This document shows positions 50,150-64,000 of a DNA stretch of 64,000 nucleotides, in pieces. The stretch's first letter is position 1; each line of letters starts with the position of its first letter. Made by a program: the position numbers and the translations under genes. Under the pieces are notes generated by a model that saw only the letters and a list, made by a program, of their open reading frames with translations, did not search any database and had not been told where the DNA came from. Source of the stretch: Strigamia acuminata (lineage: Eukaryota). Location: contig OX442314.1 of assembly GCA_949358305.1 (NCBI GenBank), positions 20,088,001-20,152,000 of the forward strand, read 5' to 3'.

Positions 50150-50440
50150 TGCCGGTATGCCAATCCCAGTACAAAGAACGATTCATGGGCCACAATGAAC
50201 AACTGACCACCCATGCTGCACTACCTTTTAACCCTAACCACACGTGCTGCGTGTGATCGCAAGTCTGCTGCATCAATGCAGCAGTAGCAATAGGAGAGAC
50301 GTGAGAAACTGACCCCTAGACACTGAATAAAGGCCATAAACCATTAAATACAGTATCTTGTGTTCTTTTCTATCAACGTGTCGTGCGTCCAGCACTGTTT
50401 AGGCATTCCCATGCCCTAATGTTGTCCGTCCACTCTCACA
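50150..50440 (+). mobile_element. Partial diverged LTR related to 42149-42732
   Basis: ACTGACCCCTAGACACTGAATAAAGGCCATAAACC...CCACTCTCACA is the reverse complement of 42149-42290. Confidence 0.75.
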
Positions 50441-51065
50441 CCCTAGAAAACGAATTAAAGATCACCAATCCAACAACCTGGAGTCCTTGTCTCTTCATTT
50501 ATGTGAGCATGCGTCCCACACCAGGGTAACTGGTTCCCTAGTTGCACTGGCTAAGAGCATGACCGTCATAATTTTAAAACAGGATATTCAGAAAACGAAA
50601 GAAGTAGTTAACTGCAGATAAAAATATAAATGACAAAATGTCATTGCGCATGCTCAGAGCATAATTACGAGCATGTGCTTCTTTGTGTTAGTGTATTTTA
50701 TTTTATGTGTGGCCCAAGACAATACCTCTTCTTACATTGTGGCCCGAAAAAACCAAGAAGTTGGATACCACTGCTCTAAAGTAAAGAAAAAGTGCCGACA
50801 AATTTCACCAAAATCTGGATGCATTTTGGGATTAAAAATTGATTAACCATTGATGCTATAACTTTGTTATTAAACCACCCATTTCAAATTTGATTCAGGA
50901 TACATTCATAGAAATAAAATATTATTCAAGTTTGTTATTACAGAATTAAACACGTATTAATTGTTACTGAAATTAATGTCCATATTAAAATTTCCTTTGT
51001 ATAAAAGCACATTAAATCAAAGTGAATTTAGTGTGCTATATTATCACGTTGTAAGAGTCACCAGG

Positions 51066-54410
<3,345 letters not shown>

Positions 54411-54630
54411 AAGTCGTATCGTAAAAAATTTGGGTTTTGGAGGCGACGCTATGTTTAGTCGCCAGGGGTCACTTTGGTATACTGTAAATGGTTGAGTTCA
54501 CTCTAATGTAAAGGGAGGGTAACTTTATTAGCATATCCTGTTTTTGAATAAAATATTCACTGTTACCAATGTAACCTTTTCGAAATTTGGGTAGCATAGG
54601 CCAAATTGGAGGAAGAGGATATCAGGGTAA

Positions 54631-55722
54631 GCGCGAAACCTCAAAAGGGCGACGCTCAAAAGAGCGACAGATTCTCTTTTATGCTACACATTAGCGACCG
54701 TCATAAGATCGACTGTTTAAAAGAGCGTCGGATCAAGAGAGCGACTGATTAAGAGCGACGAATCAAAAGATACATCAAAACGGCAATACTTCGCAACGAC
54801 GTATCGAAATAGCGGTACGTCGCTCTTACAATCAGTCGCTCTTGCAGTATGTCGCTCTTGTGATCAGTCGGTACCCAAACACATATCACACATAATCACA
54901 ATGCAGGAGTATGACATAGTGATGAATACGATGCAAAAAAAACCAAAGTTACTTACATCGTGTACAGCATAGTTGAAGAAGACCACTATTATAGTTCTGT
55001 TTAAATAAAATTAAATAAACTCCAAAAAAATAAAATAAAATCAAAAAAAATTAATTAAAATCAAAGAAAATTAAACTAAATCCAAGAAAATTAAATAAAA
55101 CAAAGAAAATGAAAAAAATCAAAGAAAGTTAAACTAAATCCAAGAAAATTAAACTAAATCCAACAAATTGCAACAAATTAAATTGCCAAATAAATGTACC
55201 AAAAAATTACCTATACTCTGGCCAACTGTAACTTGAGCCTATTTCCCATTGGATGAGCCTTTTCACTGGTGTAGTGATACTAAAATATAGATCAAAACAC
55301 CAGAATTGCATTACATTGTACAGACATTGTAATTGATTAACTATTGTTAGAAAATTGTTTGCTTTCCAAACAAAGCAAGCAATAAACTGAAAAAACATGA
55401 ATGTTGAACTAAACCAGCATAATCTTTATTTTATGACTTGAAGATACATTTTCTGATAAAATACAAACAATATTACATCATTTCAATGATAAAAATAATA
55501 AAATAAATTTAAAACCAAACTAAACTATTTTTCCTGGTGGTAGCACACAGACCACAGTTAGGAGTAATGAGGCTCATCCAATGGGAAATAGGCCAAAGTT
55601 ACAGTTGGCCAGCAATGTCGCTCTTTTGAATATCGCTCCAGAGCGTTGCTCTTTTGAGAAGTGCTCTTTTGATGGGCACTATTGTCGTGGCACCCTTCTG
55701 AGGAGCGCTCTTTTGATCCTTC
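54631..55722. mobile_element. Mutator-like element with AAAAGAGCG/CGCTCTTTT subrepeats, flanked by duplicated (AT)CAGGGTAAG
   Basis: Direct duplication at ~54620-54630 and ~55723-55733; inverted subterminal repeats. Confidence 0.6.
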
Positions 55723-57139
55723 ATCAGGGTAAGTGTAAAATTGTAGATTTTGCAAAGTTATGATGCAAAATAGTAATTGTATGAATAACAAATAAATGAT
55801 GTTACTCTCCTACCGTTTTGAAGGCCTCACCCTGTAACATTGATATTTGTTATTTGTCTGAATAAATGATTTATATAAATTGTATATTTATTTCTTCAGC
55901 TGAAACTGGATGCTCGCATGAAGAAATGGCACATTCTGTATTGTCATATTTTATTGTTGTCTTTATTGAGTAAAGTATTATTTTATAATAATTAAATTGT
56001 TTGTTTAACAAGTTTAATTAACTAGTCTGATTATTTTAAAAAATTGGACTGGTTAGTGGTTAGTCAGAGACCGGAAGCCCTGAATATTTTTATGATGAAA
56101 ACGTCATCAAAATGTTTAAAACCGACGCAAAAAGTTACATTTTTGCGACGTTTTCATCATCAAACATGGTGAATGCAAACTTCGTTCAAGTTCACTCTTA
56201 AAAGTTAACTAATTTTGTTTTTTGCGTTCACTTGTAAAAGTGAACTAAGTTAGTTCGCGTTTGATACAACACTGTCAAAAACCTTTGCTATTTCCTTTAA
56301 GTCTTAAATAAATCTGAAAACAATCAAATGTGTGTAAATAGATAATAAAGCACTCAAAAAACAATAATAAAACACCAAACTCGTGTAAAATCGACAATAA
56401 ATCCGACAACAACGATGAAGGGTAATAATAGCAATGCTCAAAAGAGCGATGCTGAAATAGCGAAACACAAATGAGCGATGTAACATAAAAGCGATGTCGC
56501 TCTTTCGTGTCGTCGCTGTTATGTTACACCGCTCATTCGTGAGTCACTAATTTGTGCGTCGCTTACGTTGCGTCGCTATTATGATGGGAAATTCACGTCG
56601 GACGTGAACGTAGCCACTTCGTAAATGATAATCAACATTTATAAATTTATAAATAGTAATAATAATAATAATATTTATAAATAATAAATAAAAATTTAGG
56701 GTTCGATTCTGATTGGTTGGCTGGCTGGAGTTGCAGTTGAAATTTAGATCAACGTCAGAAATTGTCTTTCCTGCGTTGTAAGTTATGTAGTATGAGAGAA
56801 TGTCATTGCACTGGCTCACAGTATATTTACGAGCAATGTTTCTGACATCCACTCATAGCAAATATCCCACGATAGACCAGGATATAGAAAATGCGCCATG
56901 TTAGATTTACGTCGGATCCGCATCCTCCGCTTGGTATTAAACCAACCTTTACAAATTTGATTGAGGATATAGCCATAAAAGAATAAAGATGTTATTCAAG
57001 TTTATTATTACAGAATTAAGCAAATATAAATTCTTACTGAAATTAATGTCCACATTAAAATTTCCTTGAATAAAAGCAGATTGAAACATAGTGAATTCAG
57101 TATAATATACTGTACCATTACATTGTGCGAGTCTCCAGG

Positions 57140-60100
57140 ATGTTTAAAAAGTTCATTGTAATTTTCTTCATTGTTTTGTTTGGCGCAGTTATAAACGTAA
57201 TAATTAATTGATTCAATATTATTTTAAGATTTATTTTTCATTCTCTGCGCGATTTTAAATGTTTTTTTTTTTTTTTTCATTCTTTGCGCGATTTTAATTG
57301 TTTTTTACAGGGTGAATTCCAATACGGACAGAAACATTGGGCTAGAAGACTTGAGCGTAAACTGCAGAGTAAGTAAATGAAATCCCAGATTGATTGCATT
57401 CAGTAAGAGTTCATTAAGTAATAAAAGCATTTTTAAACTCTGAACCTGGATTTCCCCCATATTTATCCGCAGTAAGGGGCCGTCCATAAATTAAGTAACG
57501 CAAAATTTGGAATTCTTAGACCACCTCCCCCCCCCCCTCGTCTGCAACATGGCCGCAACAAATTCCCGAACCCCCACCCCCTAATTACGTAACAAAACTG
57601 AAATTACTCCCCGAAAATTTTCAAAAGTCAGTATCAAAAACGCGTAAATTTTCAATATTAAAACATTTCATTTGCATGGACCGTAACATTATTAAGAACC
57701 CCCCTCTCCCTTAATATTGACCCGTAACAAAATTTGGAACCCCCTCCCCCCCCCCCCACTGGAGCATTACGTAATTTATGGATGGCCCTAAGAAAATAAA
57801 ATCTACAACTTACTGCACTTAAAATATGTTTTTACAGTTATTTACCACACTCGAAATGTAGTTTTTTTCAGTAAATTTTTGCTACTTTTGAAGCAGTTTT
57901 TTTGCATCAATTGTTTACATTCAATTCAAAAAAAATTAAAAGCTGAACGATTCCAACAGGAATTACTCGGGAACATTTGTAATTTTTTTAAAAAACTGAA
58001 AACAATTATCAACGAAAAATATACAGTATGTATTAGCATTTGACCGATACCAAAATTTTCCAATATCAGACGATAACGATATTGTCCTCCTAAATATCTG
58101 CCGATACCGATAATTTTTGTAAAATTAATTTTTTTTAATCTACAGGTTTAAACAGTTTATTTTTCAAAAATATGATGTTATAAACATTATCTATCTAAAT
58201 AAATGACTAAGGTAAATTATTTAATCGAATTTACAAAATGATGCAAAGTATGCTTAATTCTTTTAAATTGACCAGTTAATAAAACGTGTGGATCTGGGCG
58301 TTTTAATATCGGTATCGGCACGTTTTTTTTACGAATACCGATATACCCTAGTACATCCAAGTATATACCCTAGTAAGTTATGTATAGTGAAAACAAAATG
58401 GCTGCCTGTCGGTTCACCTAAACCAGGTATTTTTCTTAACCTTTTTGAATCTTGCGCTGATAATTTCTGAAAATATCAGCGCAAGATGCAGAAATAAGCT
58501 TGCATTCGGGTCGGATGCCAATCCGCATCCGACCCGCAAAGTATGGCAAGTGGGAATCAGAGATCTGATCCGATCCTCAACTCTGATCCACACGATCCGA
58601 AAAGGCTAATGCGTACTAAGCACAATAATGCAATGAAGGATATATTTCTCAAATAAAAACAAATGTGGCCGAAAAATAAACTTGACCACGTATTTTTGGC
58701 ATTGCAATGTTGTATGGGGTCAGCAATGACAGTAAAGGGTGGCAACAATTACAAAATATTCATTACTAATCAATAAAATTTATTGTTATTGTTTAGTCCA
58801 TATTATTTCTTGTTTTTTACCTGATTTATTGATAATTTAACTTAATTATATTAACCAACCAAATAGGCCATTTTTATTTTTTACCTATTCATTATAACGA
58901 CCCAAATTTGGTTCCCACCTTCCTGGTTCAGAATCCCGGTAGCCTACTATTTGCTTATTATATCGATACAAACAGAAAAATGGTTTTGCCAATAAAAATG
59001 AGTTGACCTCCCTGATTGTTTGTCCTCAGCTGTCCGAATACATCTACTTCTACAAAAAATGTCAAATCCTTTGCACTTTAAGAGGAAATTATACAACTTT
59101 TTTTATCGTTTAAATCGAGTCTGCTAGGAGGGATAGTTGCTCCAACACATCTGTGGGATGTTGATACAGATGCACAAATTGTAACCACAGAGTAGTTTGG
59201 ATTCAAATTTTTTACCAAAATGGCAATGATAGTATTTCAATAAATTTTGTATGATGGTGAAACGCTAGTCAAGGTATTGGATTCTACACTTTATCAAAGA
59301 AATCGTGGCAAAAGAAGTTTTAGACCATTTTGGTGAAAATTTGTATCCAAACTGCTCCCACGTCACAATTTGTACATCTGAATCATGATCCCATAAATGT
59401 GCTCCAAATATTGCCCATAAACATGACGATTTAATGCCTAATTGATTAGGAGCAGTCAATACAGTATAAAAATAAGCACCCACAAAATTTTTATCGCACA
59501 AACTTGTGTGATTATGAACTCGTAATTCATTCTGCCCGAATACAAATTTTGCGTTAAATTTCGATCATGTGTCGAAAAATGGTTGTATTTTGGCTTCATA
59601 AAATGCTAAGAATTTGAAATTTTTTTGTGGAAGTAGAGGATACATTGGGGTAGCTAAGGAAAAAAAATGGGAAAGCTGAACGCATTTTTATTGGCCAAAT
59701 CAACTTGTTTGTGACACGATGGCGCCTGCCAATACCAAAAGTTTGCTCACTGTCTACCGTATTTCTCCGAATAAAAGTCGCTCGCATTTAAAAGCCGCCC
59801 TCGATTAAGAGCCATAGCTGAGGGAACAAGAATACCTTATTTCGCAAAAAAACAGTTTTTTTTTCGTTCTTAACAAATCGAACGTTGAACAAACGCTTCG
59901 TTCGTTGCGTCTGCACTGTTGAACACATTATATTACTTGTAGGTGCATTCAAAAACTCTAAAACATATGCAAAACTCGTTTCGTGTTTGAACGTGACGTC
60001 ATTCCCAGTGAATAACATCCCCATGTTATTCAATGGGAATGACGTCACGTAACAAACGAAAAATGAAAATATTTTAAATATAATTTTTTTTGATAATTAT

Positions 60101-61628
60101 GATCAAGATATCGACGACTATTTAAAAGGACTTACAGTCTTCCATCGACATAACCATCCGAGAAAGGTTAAAAGCGTAAATCTAATTGGCAGACTGGAAC
60201 AATCAAATCCTGAAAGGCCGCCAACATACAAACACGATGTAAGGCAAATTTAGTCGCAGTCCGTACCTTATGAACCTTTAACCTAGCTTTAACTATTAAT
60301 CACACCGACTAGAATCTACACCCATGGTCAAGCGATGCTGACAGAGTGAATTCAATAGTATCATACTACAAGACTAAGAAATTACAAAAACATCTACTTC
60401 AAGCCCTAGAAGAAGATGACAGTTATCAAAATAAGCGTTCCAACCAAAACTATCAAAACATTAAACCCCTTGGCACAAATGGAATTGCAAGAGCACTAAA
60501 TGATCTAGGAGGTAAGTTACACTGGGTACACTGGTCACTTAAGCTTAGGTCACCCAAAGCTTATGAACACAAAAAGAAAATTCGTCAAAATAATCATGGA
60601 CAATATGAAAATATTTTTGCAAGAGAATATAGTAATACGAGTATAGGACATCCGAACGGAAATTTTACCGCTTCAAGTTCGGGTTCGGACAAGGCATATA
60701 ACGATACGGATACCGTTTCCGATACCAAAACAGATACGGATTCTGATTCTGATAGCGATAGCGATATCGATATCGATACCGAGGCAGATACGGATGCGGA
60801 TACTGATTCCGATTCACCAAAATTTCCTGGTTTTCAATATCCATATCCAAATCCATATTCATATCCAAATCCAAATCCATATCCATATCCACCCCCATAT
60901 CCATATCCATATCCTTATGGATATAATACAAATACTTTTGGAAGAAGTGCTCCAAACTTGCAATCTTACAAATCTGTAAATGCAAGTTCGCAGTCTGATT
61001 CTGATTCGGATAAAAAGATAGAAGGCAGATCAAATTTACCGCCAGTTGTTCACATTCATCACCACCACTATAAAGACAATAAAAACATAGAACTCGTCAA
61101 ACCCCCTAGCACATACACTTCAAGTGAATTTAATGCAAATATTAATCCAAATACGGTTTTCAACCAAAACACAGCTGGGTTTAATCAAAATGTTAATCAA
61201 AATAAGGTTTTCAACCAAAACTATCCAACCATTCAACGCCTTGGCTCAATCGGATTTGGGAGAGCACTAAATGATCTGAAAGGTAAGTTATAATATTGCC
61301 ATTGTCATCAACTTAATCAACTTAAGAATCAAGTAATAGAAATGCTCCAAACTTTAAATATTATAAATCCGTAGATTCACTTTCGAATGCCGATTCGGAT
61401 TCGTATTCTGATTCCGAATCAGCTGAATTGACTCATGGTCAAGATCAACAGCAAAAGAAACATCATCACTCAGCACTCGCTGGGTCAAATAAGAGAAATG
61501 AGAGAACCAAACAACTTCAGACTTCAGGAGGTGGATTTAACGCAAATATCAATCAGAATAATGCATTCTCTCCCACTTTTGGAAATATGGGTAGCATAGG
61601 CCAGATTGGGGGAAGAGCTGGAGAATAA
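57140..61628 (+). CDS. G9: apparently intact secreted protein, ~489 aa; exons 57140-57196, 57311-57368, 60108-60238, 60313-61282, 61375-61628
   Basis: MFKKFIVIFFIVLFGAVIN signal; exon lengths sum to 1470 nt; Asp-rich tract, (YP)n tract, [24 protein letters not shown] module. An internal GTAAGT at ~60512 may mark another intron. Confidence 0.8.
57476..57788. mobile_element. PIF/Harbinger-type MITE, TAA TSD
   Basis: TAA|GGGGCCGTCCATAAATTA...TAATTTATGGATGGCCC|TAA; related end at ~30850-30872. Confidence 0.85.
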
Positions 61629-62033
61629 AGGGTATTACAATCCTAAATTCTAAATTCTATATTTTTTAGTGAAATAATGTACTTTTTTGAATTTATTCAG
61701 AGCCGGTAGTTTTTCAAGTGAAGACAGCGCGTCCACGTCATCATCTGAAAGTGGTTGTTCTTGTAAAGACAGTAAAAACGAACTTTGCAAAATTTCAGTA
61801 TTTAGCCATTTCTTAATTAGCATAATCAGCAGATAAATAGTATTGTCAAATAAATTACCAGATGTTTGGTTTTGATCCAAACAGTTCGGTTTTAAATCTA
61901 TGCTCGGTGTTTGGTTCCGATCGAATAAATGCTTGAGTAAAAAAAAAATTGGAAATTTTTGAAAATATACTTTATGATATTTTTATCTAATTTTCAAAGA
62001 AAACAATCCAGATATTCAGAAATTTGGCACGTA

Positions 62034-62263
62034 TACTCAAAACCACCACAACGTTGACCTGACTCTAGCCGTAGCACTGGTGTAGTGGCACAAAAAAGTA
62101 GCCCATAACACCAGAATTGTAATCGAACTCCAGACATTGTGATCGATTACCAACACAAAAGTGATGCCTTGACACAGAACTACTTTTCTGCATAGTAGAG
62201 CACAGTCCACAGTTAAGCGTAGTTTGGCTCGGGAATAGGTCAACGTTGTGGTGGTTTTGAGTA
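62034..62263. mobile_element. TA-TSD MITE (TACTCAAAACCACCACAACGTTGACCT TIR)
   Basis: 27-bp perfect TIR; internal core shared with 6273-6502, ~17030-17100, ~35480-35515 and ~55265-55330. Confidence 0.8.
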
Positions 62264-63307
62264 TAGGGTCAGTTTTATTATATTTTAAAGGAATTGAATT
62301 ATTCCTTTCCTCCTCTTTTCTTCTAGTTAGTCTAAAATCTGTAGGGATTTTGGCCTAATGTTTAGCCAGTAAATCGGCAGACCAATGTTTGCTGTCTTTG
62401 CAAATCTTTCTTCCAAACTTCTTGTAGTATCCCAATTCTGTGTTCACACAAATCGGGTTCTACAACCCCTATTTTGTTAAATTCTTTTAATGACAAATCA
62501 CTTTGCCCAGTTTCGGCGGTAAAATTTATTTGAAGTTCACTTTTAATATTCTTGGGGAAAATATACCTCTTTTTCTGGCCTCTTCACAGCCTTTCAACCC
62601 GGTTGTGGCAGTTACCATCTCAAAATAGATAAAAAAGGTTCTTTTCAATTCCGGCATTGACACCTCTGTTTGTAAAGGAATTGATAATAACCGCGCAATA
62701 ATGAAACGTGTAAAAGTGATAATTTGGTAACACTTGGCAGCAACATCCAAAAATAAGCGCAGGGTGAATAACCGCGCAAACCAAAACTGACTACTTGATT
62801 AACCACGCAAAGTGCAAAAACGGAATAAAATACCGCGCAAACAATAGCTGAATAAACACGCAAGAAGAAGAAGAATTGAATAACCGCTGAATGATTCTTT
62901 GAATAACCGAGGAATTACAAATTGAATTATCTCGTAATTACAAATTGAATAAAAGCTGAATGATGAGTTGAATAAACGCGGAATGACTGTTTTGTTGAAT
63001 TAAAGCCCGTCGCGCATTACACAAATGCACACATGACATTACACGTACTGCTAGGAGTATAAGTATGGACTGCAGAACAACCAAGAATTCGTGCCGTGGC
63101 GTTTGTTTAGTTTATTGGGTTGAGTTACAGCTAGGGTTTCTTTCAACCCGGTATTTACCGGTATCAAAAACCGGTATTTTTTGAAGAAATACCGAATACC
63201 GAATACCGTCTTTAGTTCGGTGTTCGGTACCGGTTTTTATTGTGAGAAAAATATGGTAAACACTGCCGAAATATTTCATTTTAGGGATGGAAATTGTTGT
63301 TGTTGCA

Positions 63308-63531
63308 TGTAGTTGAAATAAAGACGAGGTTGCTTTTTAAACATACAATAATAGCCGTTTTATTTGCGGCGACGCACTTGTCTGAACTGCGACAAGATCG
63401 CTGCGTGCGAGACATAAGAAAATACACATGTGACGTTTAGAGAGTATTTACATTTTGGTGATTGATACTCTCTGGTGTCAATTGATACAATTAAACGAAA
63501 TATACATGTTATTACTCAAAAAATCTCTACA
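63308..63531 (-). mobile_element. 3' LTR of the copia element
   Basis: Minus strand: purine tract GGAGGAGAA, then TGTAG...CTACA with AATAAA. Confidence 0.8.
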
Positions 63532-63597
63532 ATTCTCCTCCGATTTTTTACGTAATTCAGTTTACAATAAATATTATTCGATTCACAATATTTATCT

Positions 63598-64000
63598 TCA
63601 TATCAGCTGTAGATCCTTCAAACATCTGTCAATCTTCGGCTTCGTCAACGCTTTGGTCAGGAAATCCGCCTGCATCTTCTCGCTGGGGACATGAATTAAC
63701 TTGATGCCATTGCTCTTCAACTCTTCTCTTACGTAATGGAACTTCCGATTAAGTAATTTAGTGCTGAGTTTTTGGGCTGCTCCTTTTAGAAGTTGAATGG
63801 CACCGGTATTGTCATTATACAGCGTTTTCTCCCGATTGACCGTTGTTTCCTTTTGAAGTTCTAACAGTAAATAGTCCGTCCATATTAATTCTTTTAACGC
63901 CTCGGTAATTGCATTTAGCTCACTCTCTGTGGCGGAGAGAGCTACCGTACGTTGCTTAGTACTCCTCCAGTTTATCAAACTTGTACCATGTTTAATGACG
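63598..64000 (-). CDS. Ty1/copia pol C-terminus (RNase H), continues beyond the window
   Basis: WRSTKQRTVALSATESE..DNTGAI..HYVRE..ADFLTKAL are typical copia RNase H motifs; open frame. Confidence 0.92.
   Translation of the reverse strand, partial: VIKHGTSLINWRSTKQRTVALSATESELNAITEALKELIWTDYLLLELQKETTVNREKTLYNDNTGAIQLLKGAAQKLSTKLLNRKFHYVREELKSNGIKLIHVPSEKMQADFLTKALTKPKIDRCLKDLQLI

Overview
AT-rich animal (invertebrate) nuclear DNA; no prokaryotic features. The window is dominated by a head-to-tail (+ strand) cluster of about 9 copies (G1-G9, plus an orphan exon 1) of a multi-exon gene family I do not recognise. The ORF track only shows fragments of it. Hand-splicing at GT..AG sites gives a conserved upstream block, a 54-60 nt exon 1 encoding a signal peptide, a short exon 2, a His-rich exon 3 and variable low-complexity modules. 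These modules include 13x GRLANGPLV, 5x 45-aa His-rich units with GKK, (DSSSES)n, Asn/Gly/Phe 17-mers, Pro/Val, Tyr/Pro and poly-Ser, often separated by hydrophobic-(G/A)-R sites. This suggests secreted, proteolytically processed polyproteins (glue/cement/cuticle- or peptide-precursor-like; function is inference). G5, G6, G8 and G9 splice to open frames; G2 and G4 are damaged; G3 and G7 carry single-base homopolymer frameshifts. Intergenic and intronic DNA is dense with transposon debris: Tc3/Tc1 remnants, many MITEs with clear TSDs, a 6-kb CACTA-type element nested in an 8-kb TA-TSD element, solo LTRs, a MULE remnant and the 3' end of a copia element. There is also a rearranged nad1/trnL NUMT and an odd LTR + half-tRNA-Ser insertion. 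All exon models are manual predictions without transcript evidence.
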